Shown here: piece by piece, positions 1 through 7,717 of the stretch
Position numbering within the stretch: position 1 is the stretch's first letter
How the letters are laid out: every line of letters starts with the position of its first letter
Assembly: GCA_964584625.1 (NCBI GenBank)
Contig: CAZPAJ010000004.1
Coordinates: forward strand, 17,308 to 41,307
Direction: 5' to 3'
Length of the DNA stretch: 24,000 nt
From: an uncultured Acidibacter sp.
GTDB taxonomy: Bacteria > Pseudomonadota > Gammaproteobacteria > Steroidobacterales > Steroidobacteraceae
Program-made: the position numbers and the translations under genes
Notes under the pieces: model-generated
Told to the model about the DNA's origin: nothing
Database searches by the model: none
What the model saw: only the letters and a program-made list of their open reading frames with translations

Positions 1-122
1 TGCGCGGTCGCGCACAGGCCGAGACCGACGGCCGCGAAGGCCTGCGCTCGCTCGAGATCCTGATCGCGAGTTATCTTTCGGCACGTGACGGCCGCCGCGT
101 CGCGCTGCCGCTGGAGTACTGA
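1..122 (+). CDS. C-terminal fragment of a Gfo/Idh/MocA-type (sugar) oxidoreductase; the 5' end lies outside the window
   Basis: Frame 3 reads ...[32 protein letters not shown] and stops at TGA 120-122. This resembles the usual C-terminal helix of Gfo/Idh/MocA dehydrogenases. It sits directly upstream of a WbpD-like acetyltransferase, a common sugar-nucleotide pairing. Only about 39 aa are visible, so the call is weak. Confidence 0.4.
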   Translation, partial: RGRAQAETDGREGLRSLEILIASYLSARDGRRVALPLEY

Positions 123-709
123 CCCTGGACGCCCCGCAGATCCACCCCTCCGCGATCGTCGATGCCGGCGCGCGGCTGGGTCCGGACACCCGTGTCTGGC
201 ACTTTGCGCACGTTTGTGCGGGCGCGGTCGTCGGCGCGCGCTGCTCGCTCGGGCAGAACGTCTACGTCGGCAATCGCGTCGTCATCGGCGACAACGTCCG
301 CATCCAGAACAACGTCTCGGTGTACGACAACGTGACGCTCGAGGACGACGTGTTCTGCGGACCGAGCATGGTGTTCACGAACGTGATCAACCCGCGCGCG
401 GCCGTCTCGCGCAAGGACGAGTACCGTGACACCCGCGTATGCCGCGGGGCGACGCTCGGCGCCAACAGCACGATCGTCTGCGGCGTGACGATCGGTGAAT
501 ACGCCTTCGTCGGGGCTGGCGCCGTGGTCACCCGCGACGTGCCTGCGTTCGCCCTGGTCACGGGCGTGCCGGCTCGCCAGCGGGGCTGGATGAGCCGCCA
601 CGGCGAGCGGCTCGACCTGCCCGTCCGCGGCGCCGGGGAAGCGCGCTGCCGCGCGACGGGAGAGCTCTACCGGCTCGAGGGCGAGGCCTGTCGCCTGCTG
701 CAGGCCTAG
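119..709 (+). CDS. Hexapeptide-repeat (left-handed beta-helix) N-acetyltransferase, WbpD/WlbB-like UDP-aminosugar acetyltransferase
   Basis: Hexapeptide repeats are readable from about nt 140: [87 protein letters not shown]... The ORF track starts only at GTG 320, but the domain clearly continues upstream. There is an in-frame stop at 86-88 and no ATG/GTG/TTG before 320. The start is therefore tentatively placed at CTG 119, giving a CTGA overlap with the upstream stop. The stop is at 707-709. Confidence 0.75.
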   Translation: MTLDAPQIHPSAIVDAGARLGPDTRVWHFAHVCAGAVVGARCSLGQNVYVGNRVVIGDNVRIQNNVSVYDNVTLEDDVFCGPSMVFTNVINPRAAVSRKDEYRDTRVCRGATLGANSTIVCGVTIGEYAFVGAGAVVTRDVPAFALVTGVPARQRGWMSRHGERLDLPVRGAGEARCRATGELYRLEGEACRLLQA

Positions 710-2565
710 TCGAGAGTCTGGATCGCGATGATCAGCGTGCCGGGGCCGCCGTGCACGCCGAGCGCAGGGCCCATGTCGGTCAGGCGCGAGGACTCGACGC
801 TGCCCCCCGGCAGTGCGTCGAGCAGCAGCTGCTCGAGTGCGCGACCGGCGTCGGGCACGTTGCCGTGGCCGACGAGCAGCCGGTAGCGGCCCCGATGGGG
901 GGTATCCGTGCCCTTGCGCGGGGGCGCGGCCCGGCGCGCGGCGAAGCGCGCGAAACGCTGAGGCAGGCGGTGGCGGCCCCACAGCACGCCGCCGAGCCCG
1001 ACCTTGCCGTCGGGGCGGGTCGCCAGGATGACCGAGAGCCCGAGGCGGTCCGAGAGCGTCTTCGCGATCGGTGGCACGCGGCCGCCACGGACGGCATAGT
1101 CCACGGTCTCCAGCAGCGCGAAGGTGCGCGTCGACCCAACGGCGGTGCGCGCGGCGGCCTCGACCTCCGCGAGGGAGCCGCCTGCGCGCGCGCACTCGGC
1201 GGCCGCGATGGCCACGAGGCCCTGGCCGAGCGAGGCGCTGAGGCTGTCGATCACCGTGATCGGGCGCCCCTCCGCGCTGACGCGCTGCGCGGCCGTGGTG
1301 GCCGCCGCATGGGCCCCGCTGGCGCGCGAGGTCACGGTGATCGACACCACGGCCTCGAAGTGCGAGGCGAGGAACTCGTACATCCGCCGGAAGTCGCCGG
1401 GCGGCGGCTGGGAAGTCTTGGGCGCCTCGGGGCTCGCGACCAGTTCGCGGTAGAACTCTTCCGGCGAGAGGGTCACCTTGTCGAGCCAGGAGCGGGTGCC
1501 GAAGTGCACGCGCATCGGCACCACGTGGATCCCGAGACCGTCCAGCAGGTCCTCGGGAATGTCGGCGGCGGAGTCGGTGACGACGGCCACGCGCTGCGCG
1601 CCAGGATGATGGGCAGCGGCCTGCTGGCGCTGCATGTCGTCGGCCTTCTGCGCCGTGACGGCACCGAAACCGGCCGCGTAGTCGAACACGCGCTCGGGCT
1701 CGTCGGTGTGGATGTGCAGCCGCGCCTTGCGCTTGCCGCCGCTCACCACGATGCTGCCGCCGAGGGCGCCGAGACCCTCGCGCAGGCGGCGCAGGTCGAG
1801 CGTGCCGTCGTCGCCCGCGGTGACGAGGCATTCGGTGCAGTAACGGCGCGGGTCAGCGGGCCCCGCGAGACCGATGGCCATCGACTCGTCTCCCGAGTGC
1901 ACTGGCGCGACGACGGTGCCGAGCTCGCCGGTGGCCAGGTAGCGCGTCATGCCCTCGAGCATCGACACGAAGCCTTGCGCCCCCGCATCGACCACGCCGG
2001 CGGCGCGCAGTTCCTCGAGCTGGCCACGGGTGGCTTCCAGCGACGCACGCACCGGGCCGATCGCGCGATCGAACAGCGCGCGGAAGTCCGTCACGCCTCC
2101 CGGCCCTGCCAGCGCCTCGGCCTCGCGGGCGAAATCGCCGAGCACGGTCAGGAGGGTTCCCTCGCGCGGCTGGGTCAGCGCGTCGCGTGCATAGCGCGCA
2201 CCGCCCGCTACTGCCTCGGCGAAGTCGCGCACCGTAAGTTGCGCCAGGTGGCCCGCGCGGTCGCCGAGCCCGAGGAGGAACTGGGCCATGATCGCGCCGG
2301 AATTGCCGCGCGCGCCGTCGATCGCGGCGTCGGCGGCCCGCAGCAGCAGCCGGCCTGCGTGCGGAAGCGGTTCGCGGTCGAGCGCCGCGAGCACCGCTGA
2401 CAGCGTCATCGAAAGGTTCGTTCCCGTGTCACCGTCGGCGACCGGAAAGACGTTGATCTTGTTGATGTGATCGGTGTGCTCGAACAGGCGGAAGATGCCT
2501 GCCCGCAGGGTGTCACCCAGCTGCAGGCCGTCGAGTTCCGCCACATCCATGGGCGCCGAGACCAT
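706..2565 (-). CDS. Dak2 (DhaL/FakA-type kinase) domain fused to a complete DegV (FakB-like fatty-acid-binding) domain; putative single-chain fatty acid kinase
   Basis: The N-terminal half carries Dak2 motifs ([25 protein letters not shown]). The middle is a YloV/FakA-like region (YCTECLV...[11 protein letters not shown]). The C-terminal half is DegV ([39 protein letters not shown]). The start is taken at ATG 2565 ([11 protein letters not shown]); GTG 2571 or ATG 2550 are possible. The track ORF runs up to 2733, but that extension overlaps gspB. Confidence 0.8.
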   Translation of the reverse strand: MVSAPMDVAELDGLQLGDTLRAGIFRLFEHTDHINKINVFPVADGDTGTNLSMTLSAVLAALDREPLPHAGRLLLRAADAAIDGARGNSGAIMAQFLLGLGDRAGHLAQLTVRDFAEAVAGGARYARDALTQPREGTLLTVLGDFAREAEALAGPGGVTDFRALFDRAIGPVRASLEATRGQLEELRAAGVVDAGAQGFVSMLEGMTRYLATGELGTVVAPVHSGDESMAIGLAGPADPRRYCTECLVTAGDDGTLDLRRLREGLGALGGSIVVSGGKRKARLHIHTDEPERVFDYAAGFGAVTAQKADDMQRQQAAAHHPGAQRVAVVTDSAADIPEDLLDGLGIHVVPMRVHFGTRSWLDKVTLSPEEFYRELVASPEAPKTSQPPPGDFRRMYEFLASHFEAVVSITVTSRASGAHAAATTAAQRVSAEGRPITVIDSLSASLGQGLVAIAAAECARAGGSLAEVEAAARTAVGSTRTFALLETVDYAVRGGRVPPIAKTLSDRLGLSVILATRPDGKVGLGGVLWGRHRLPQRFARFAARRAAPPRKGTDTPHRGRYRLLVGHGNVPDAGRALEQLLLDALPGGSVESSRLTDMGPALGVHGGPGTLIIAIQTLD

Positions 2566-2576
2566 GGGCACCGAGA

Positions 2577-3296
2577 CTACTGGATCGGCACCAGGAAACG
2601 CGAGCCGCGGTATGACAGAACCGTGCCGTCCGGCGTGATCTGCTCGACACGTACTCCGCTCGGCAGCAGGGTGCCCTCGCCAGCGCGGGCGCCGTCGACG
2701 AACACGAAGCGCGCAGCAGGATCGCGATCCCACGCGTGCAGGCTGACCTCGACCTCAGGCACGGCCGTGCCGTTGGCTACCAGTGCCGCGCGGTCCGGGA
2801 GACCGGCCACGACACCACCGCCCGGGCGGGCCGGTGGCATCGCCGCAGCGTATTCGGGCGCCACCATGGCCGCGGGCGGCGACGCGCCCCCGGGAGACTC
2901 CCCGGCGATCTCCGCGTCGAGTTCCGGATCCTCGACCAGCGGCGGGTTGAAGCGTGCGGCCAGCCCGCCAGCGGGCGCGGCAGCCGTTGCAGGGGCCACT
3001 GGGGTGGGGCTCACCGCTGCCACGGGCGGCGCTGCCGCGGCGGGGGGCGGGCCAGCGACGCCCTCGGCCACGGCGGGCACCTCGGCGGGCGCTGCCGCGG
3101 GTTCCGCTGCGGGGTCGCGCAGCAGCAGCACGACCAGCAGCACGATGAGGTTGATGCCCAGCAGCAGGCCAAGCAGCACCGCCCAGACGGGGAACCGTGC
3201 CCGCGGTGGAGCGACCTTGATCTCGAACATCGCCGGCTGGCCGTGGCGCTGCCGTTCGTTGTCCGATTTCTTGAGTGCGTCGAGGATCAGCGACAT
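2577..3296 (-). CDS. gspB: Type II secretion accessory protein GspB/ExeB-like
   Basis: The gene starts MSLILDALKKSDNERQ, the characteristic GspB N-terminus. This is followed by one TM helix, a long Ala/Pro-rich linker and a C-terminal GspB domain (VEVSLHAWDRDPAARFVFVDGARAGEGTLLPSGVRVEQITPDGTVLSYRGSRFLV). ATG 3296 is preceded by GGGAGG. It lies 5 nt downstream of the gspA stop. Confidence 0.8.
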   Translation of the reverse strand: MSLILDALKKSDNERQRHGQPAMFEIKVAPPRARFPVWAVLLGLLLGINLIVLLVVLLLRDPAAEPAAAPAEVPAVAEGVAGPPPAAAAPPVAAVSPTPVAPATAAAPAGGLAARFNPPLVEDPELDAEIAGESPGGASPPAAMVAPEYAAAMPPARPGGGVVAGLPDRAALVANGTAVPEVEVSLHAWDRDPAARFVFVDGARAGEGTLLPSGVRVEQITPDGTVLSYRGSRFLVPIQ

Positions 3297-3301
3297 GCCG
3301 G

Positions 3302-4969
3302 TCAGCCTCCCTGCGCCGGTTGCATCGAGGCGTCGAGCAGCGGCGTTCCCGGCCCGGCGAGAGCCGTGTCGAGCACCACCAGCGTCGGGATGCCGGCGAC
3401 GCCGTCGACGTTGAGCCGGTAGCGGCGCTGGAAGTCTTCGACCCAGCGCGACAGTTCCGCGTCGTAGACCCCTTCGGGGCGCGCGGGCGCCGCAGCGGCG
3501 GGAGGATAGCCCGTGGCGGCGCGCAGGCGACCGAGGTTCGCGCGGAGCCGCTCGATCTCCGTGCCACGCATGCCGGGTTGCAGGGACTTGACCTCGCGCG
3601 TTCCGGGCCGCCACAGCAGCACGAACTCGCCGAACCACAGGCGCGCCAGCTCGCCGATGCGCACCTCGCGGGGTGCGCCCCCGAGGCTGATGATCGCGCG
3701 CTCGTCATCGAGCGCCGCGAGCACGACCTGGTGGATCCGGCCGTCGCTCGCCGTCAACGTCAGGACCGCCGGGCGGTTGTAGAGACGCAGGTCGGCCAGC
3801 GTGCCGCGCTCCAGGAAGCACTCGAGGCCCTGTTCGCTGGCCTGCGTGCACGCGTCGCGACGGCCGACGACGTAGCGCGCGTTCCACAACGCGAACAGCT
3901 TGTTGAAGGCGTTGTCGGCGTCGGTCTCGCCCTGGAATGCCGCGAGCATCTGCTCGAGCGAACGTGGCGGCGGGGCGGCGGGCGCGGGCGCGGGTGCCGC
4001 TGCGGGCGGGGGCGTGGCGACCGCGGGCGCCTGGGCGACGCGTGCACGCTCGGCGTGCGGCGCCGTGTCGCGCTGCGCGAGCCACAGCGTGAGCCCGGCG
4101 GCGAGCAGGGCCGCCGCCGCGGTCCCTGCGGCCCAGGGCCACCAGATCGGGGCGTAGCGGCGGCCGAACACCTCGCGCGCAGCCTGCAGCACCAGGCCGC
4201 CGGTGACCCGGTGCCGATCCTGCGCGTAGGCGCCGAGCAGGGCGCGGTCGCAAAGGATATTGATCACCCGCGGCACGCCGCCGCTGAGCCGGTACAGCTC
4301 GCGCAGCGCGATCGGCGAGAAGATGTCGCTGGTCGATCCCGCGACGCGCAGGCGGTGGCGCACGTAGGCAGCGGTTTCCTCGCGCGACAGTGGATCGAGG
4401 TGGTAGCGGCCCGTGATTCGCTGGGCGAGCTGGCGCAGGTCGTTGCGGGCCAGCAGCTCGCGCAACTCGGGTTGGCCGATCAGGATGATCTGCAGCAGCT
4501 TTTGCGTCGCGGTCTCGAGGTTGGTCAGCAATCGCACCTGCTCGAGCACGTCACGGTCGAGGTGGTGTGCCTCGTCGACCACGAGCACGACGCGCCTGCC
4601 CTTGGAGTGAGCCCGCAGCAGGTAGGCGTTCAGGATGTCGACGAGATCCTTGCCGCTCGCCACCGACTCGTCGGGTACGCCGATGCCAAGCTCCTCGCAG
4701 ATGGTCAGCAGGAACTCGTTGGCGCTGACGCGCGGGTTGAGGATCAGCGCGACCTCGGCGTCCTTGGGGATCTGGGCCAGCAGGGAGCGGATGATGGTCG
4801 TCTTGCCAGTGCCGACCTCGCCGGTGAGCTGGATGAAGCCGCCGGCTTCCTTGATGCCGTAGACGAGGTGCGCAAGCGCCTCGGCGTGCCGCGCGCTCAG
4901 GAAGAGGTAGCGCGGATCAGGGGTGATGGCGAACGGTTTTTCGTTCAGCCCGAAGAACGAGAGGTACAT
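3302..4969 (-). CDS. gspA: ExeA/GspA-type AAA+ ATPase with C-terminal peptidoglycan-binding domain
   Basis: The gene starts MYLSFFGLNEKPFAITPDPRYLFLS. It has Walker A GEVGTGKTT and Walker B VVLVVDEAH, a TM segment, a Pro/Ala linker and a C-terminal PG_binding_1-like motif (FQRRYRLNVDGVAGIPTLVVLD). It is paired with gspB as in Aeromonas exeAB. Confidence 0.85.
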   Translation of the reverse strand: MYLSFFGLNEKPFAITPDPRYLFLSARHAEALAHLVYGIKEAGGFIQLTGEVGTGKTTIIRSLLAQIPKDAEVALILNPRVSANEFLLTICEELGIGVPDESVASGKDLVDILNAYLLRAHSKGRRVVLVVDEAHHLDRDVLEQVRLLTNLETATQKLLQIILIGQPELRELLARNDLRQLAQRITGRYHLDPLSREETAAYVRHRLRVAGSTSDIFSPIALRELYRLSGGVPRVINILCDRALLGAYAQDRHRVTGGLVLQAAREVFGRRYAPIWWPWAAGTAAAALLAAGLTLWLAQRDTAPHAERARVAQAPAVATPPPAAAPAPAPAAPPPRSLEQMLAAFQGETDADNAFNKLFALWNARYVVGRRDACTQASEQGLECFLERGTLADLRLYNRPAVLTLTASDGRIHQVVLAALDDERAIISLGGAPREVRIGELARLWFGEFVLLWRPGTREVKSLQPGMRGTEIERLRANLGRLRAATGYPPAAAAPARPEGVYDAELSRWVEDFQRRYRLNVDGVAGIPTLVVLDTALAGPGTPLLDASMQPAQGG

Positions 4970-5103
4970 GCGGTGCGGCAGCGGGCCCCGCGGGGCGTGC
5001 CCTCCAGTATGTCATGGGGTGGTCGGCGCGGGGGAGGGCCCGGGCGCTCCGCAGGGCTTGCGGGCTGGCGCCGCTGGTGTTCGCCCCCCCACAATCGCCC
5101 GCC

Positions 5104-5880
5104 ATGACGCATCCCTCCCGGGCCACCCTCTTCGAGCCTCCATGGCAACACGGCACGGCGTACGGGATGCCGATCGCCGGCGGGTGCGAGGTCTGGCGGG
5201 TCGACCTGGACACCGTGGAGGGTGTGCAGGCGGCGCTGCGGGGGCGAGGCCCGCTCGATGCGCCCGAGCTCGCGCGCGCATCGCGCTTCGCCTTCGAGCG
5301 TGACCGCAGCCGCTTCGTGGCGGCTCGCCTCGCCCTGCGGCACATCCTGGGTGCCACCCTGGGCCGGGCGCCCGCGGCACTCGTCATCGATGCGCTGCCA
5401 CGGCATCGGCCACGGCTCGTGGGCGTGGCCGGCCTCGACTTCAACCTCAGCCACTCGGGTGGGCTGGCGCTCGTCGCGGTGGCCAGCGCGGCGCCGCTGG
5501 GCATCGACGTGGAGACCTGGCGATCCGTGCCCGACGCGGCGGCGTTGGCGGCGCGCCTGTTTACGGCCAATGAGCAGGCCGCGCTGCGGGGTCTTGCGGG
5601 CGCCGAGGTCGACCGGGCGTTCCTGACCTGCTGGACCCGCAAGGAAGCCGTGCTCAAGAGCACCGGCGTCGGCCTGTCGGCGGATCCACGTTCGTTCGAG
5701 GCAGGCGCCACGCCGGAGCCGCAACCACTGTATCTCCGGCCTCCGGGCGTCGACGGCCAGCCGGGACTCGGAGTCCCCCTGGTCGTGGAGTCCTTCGCCG
5801 TCGGGTCCGCGGGTATCGGCGCGATCGCGCTGCCCCAGGGTGCCCAGGTCAGCGGCTGGCGCGACGGCGTGCCGGCATGA
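5104..5880 (+). CDS. 4'-phosphopantetheinyl transferase, Sfp/EntD type
   Basis: Sfp-type motifs are present: FNLSHSGGLALVAV, GIDVE and WTRKEAVLKSTG. The start is taken at ATG 5104; the track ORF begins at 5014, and ATG 5167 is an alternative. No obvious SD. Confidence 0.8.
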   Translation: MTHPSRATLFEPPWQHGTAYGMPIAGGCEVWRVDLDTVEGVQAALRGRGPLDAPELARASRFAFERDRSRFVAARLALRHILGATLGRAPAALVIDALPRHRPRLVGVAGLDFNLSHSGGLALVAVASAAPLGIDVETWRSVPDAAALAARLFTANEQAALRGLAGAEVDRAFLTCWTRKEAVLKSTGVGLSADPRSFEAGATPEPQPLYLRPPGVDGQPGLGVPLVVESFAVGSAGIGAIALPQGAQVSGWRDGVPA

Positions 5881-5887
5881 GGCGGCC

Positions 5888-6490
5888 TTGAGGCTGCCGA
5901 GTCCGGGATGGCCCGCCACGGCCGCGGCGGCGGTGCTGCTGGCGCTGGCCGCTGCGGGCGAGCCCTGGCGTGAGGCGCTGCGCTGGGATCGGGCGCGCCT
6001 CGCGGGTGGCGAGGTCTGGCGCCTGCTGAGCGGGCACCTGGTCCACCTCGACCTGGCCCATGCCCTGGTCAATGCCCTGGGGCTGCTGCTCGTCGCGGCG
6101 CTGTGGCGGAGCGTTTTCCGGCCCGGCCAGTGGTGCGTCATCGCGGGCGCCGCCGTCGTCGCCATCGATGCGGGCCTGTGGTTCCTCGACAGCGGTCTCG
6201 ACTGGTACGTCGGGGCCTCGGGGGTGCTGCACGCGGCCATGGCAGCGGGCATTGCCCGTGAAGCGGCGGGTGGCGATCGACTCGCACTGGTCCTCGCGAC
6301 CTTGGGGATCGGCAAGCTGGCGGCCGAGCTGTGGGGTGGTGCCCTGGGCGCAGGGATCGTCGATGCCTCGCTGGTGGTGACGTCGGCGCATCGCTACGGC
6401 GCCGCCGCCGGCGCAATCTGCGGGCTCCTGTACCACTGGATCGGTCGATTCCGCCGGGCCGGATCAGTCCCTGCCGGTCTTCCGCGTTGA
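5888..6490 (+). CDS. rrtA: Short rhomboid-family intramembrane serine protease, probable rhombosortase
   Basis: About 200 aa, membrane-only architecture. It carries the rhomboid motifs GEVWRLLSGHLVHLDLAHALVNALGLL, catalytic GASGVLH and SAHRYGAAAGAICG. Its size and the N-terminal WREALRWDRARLAGGEVWR pattern fit rhombosortase rather than GlpG. The start is placed at TTG 5888 with GAGG 5 nt upstream; GTG 5840 would overlap the PPTase gene by 41 nt. Subfamily assignment needs an HMM. Confidence 0.65.
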   Translation: MRLPSPGWPATAAAAVLLALAAAGEPWREALRWDRARLAGGEVWRLLSGHLVHLDLAHALVNALGLLLVAALWRSVFRPGQWCVIAGAAVVAIDAGLWFLDSGLDWYVGASGVLHAAMAAGIAREAAGGDRLALVLATLGIGKLAAELWGGALGAGIVDASLVVTSAHRYGAAAGAICGLLYHWIGRFRRAGSVPAGLPR

Positions 6491-7717
6491 GCTGAGGCTG
6501 CTGGCGCGCGACAGGGCGCCGGCGCCGAACCGATGCCGGATCGCGTCGACCGTGGCGTCGAGGCGCGTGGCCTCGACGGGCTGCGCGGCATCGAACAAGT
6601 CGAGCTGGCTCGAGGTCGAGAGCTCCGAGAGGCCGACGCCGAGCAGACGGATCCGGGGGTGGCTACGGCGCTGCATCCACGCGCCGAAGAGTTCCTGGGC
6701 CACTGCGGCGATCACCCGGCTGTCGTGGGTCGCGGGCGCGACGACGCGCTGGCGCGTGAACGTGCGAAAGTCGTGTTCCCGGACCTTGACCGACACGCAG
6801 CCCGCGACGCGCTGCCGGGCCCGCAAGCGCGAGCTCGCCTTGTCCGCGAGCCGGAGCAGTTCCGCGCGCAGCCGGGCCGGGTCGGCGAGATCCTCCGCGA
6901 AGGTTTCCTCGGCGCTGACTGACTTCTCGTCACGGTCCGGGATCACCGGGCGGTCGTCGATGCCGGCCGCGCGCTCGCGCATGCGCGCCGCATGGCGCCC
7001 GAACAGGGGCCACAGCCGTGCGTCGTCGGCACGGCGCAGTTCGCCGAGCGTGCGCAGGCCTGCCGCCACGACCTGCTCGCCTTTCAGGCGGCCCAGGCCC
7101 GGAAGCCGGCGCACGGGCAGTGGATCGAGCGTGGCGTGGACCTGGTCGGCCTGCACGACGGTCAGGCCGTCGGGCTTGTCGAGATCCGAGGCGATCTTCG
7201 CCACCAGCTTGTTGGGCGCCACGCCGACCGAGGCCGAGAGTCCTGTCCGCTCGCGCACGAGTGCCTTGATCGCCCGCGCGATCCCGACCGGATCTCCCTT
7301 AAGCGTCTGGCTGTGGGTGATGTCCAGATAGGCTTCGTCCAGCGAAAGGCCCTGCACCAGCGGCGTGAACTCATGGAAGACCTCGAAGACCTGCCGCGAC
7401 ACCTCGGCATAGCGGGCCATCCGCGGCTTGACACAGACGGCCTGCGGGCAAAGCTGCAGGGCGCGCCTGACGGGCATGGCCGAGCGCACACCGTAGCGGC
7501 GCACTTCGTAGCTCGCCGCCGCCACGACGCCGCGGCCGCCGTGACCGCCCACGATCACCGGGAGACCGGCCAGTTCCGGGCGGTCGTGCTGCTCCACGGA
7601 GGCGTAGAACGCGTCCATGTCGACATGCAGGATGGCGCGTTCGCTGGCCGGGGACGACGGTGCGCCGTCCGGCTTGCGGATTGACACGGTATCCAGACCG
7701 GGCGACCCTGAGACCAT
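6464..7717 (-). CDS. dinB: DNA polymerase IV (Y-family translesion polymerase)
   Basis: Key motifs are ILHVDMDAFYASVEQ, GVVAAASYEVRRYGVRSAMP and SLDEAYLDIT, plus the beta-clamp motif QLDLF near the C-terminus. The track ORF runs to 8068, but that N-terminal part looks like junk and overlaps a better plus-strand gene. The start is taken at ATG 7717 with AGGAGG 13 nt upstream; GTG 7687 is an alternative. Confidence 0.85.
   Translation of the reverse strand: MVSGSPGLDTVSIRKPDGAPSSPASERAILHVDMDAFYASVEQHDRPELAGLPVIVGGHGGRGVVAAASYEVRRYGVRSAMPVRRALQLCPQAVCVKPRMARYAEVSRQVFEVFHEFTPLVQGLSLDEAYLDITHSQTLKGDPVGIARAIKALVRERTGLSASVGVAPNKLVAKIASDLDKPDGLTVVQADQVHATLDPLPVRRLPGLGRLKGEQVVAAGLRTLGELRRADDARLWPLFGRHAARMRERAAGIDDRPVIPDRDEKSVSAEETFAEDLADPARLRAELLRLADKASSRLRARQRVAGCVSVKVREHDFRTFTRQRVVAPATHDSRVIAAVAQELFGAWMQRRSHPRIRLLGVGLSELSTSSQLDLFDAAQPVEATRLDATVDAIRHRFGAGALSRASSLSSTRKTGRD

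Noticed and set aside
650-725. Apparent 1-nt register disagreement between my hand translation of about 659-721 and the supplied ORF track, affecting both the plus-strand ORF ending at 709 and the minus-strand ORF ending at 706
   Set aside because: Registers agree again at 590 and 751, and both track ORFs give sensible protein ends. I attribute the mismatch to my manual counting and used the track coordinates. It is not reported as a frameshift.
2940-4140. GC-rich, apparently repetitive stretches (for example 2990-3120 and 3960-4030)
   Set aside because: They encode the Ala/Pro-rich linkers of GspB and GspA, which are low-complexity coding sequence. They are not tandem repeats with a defined unit and not CRISPR-like.
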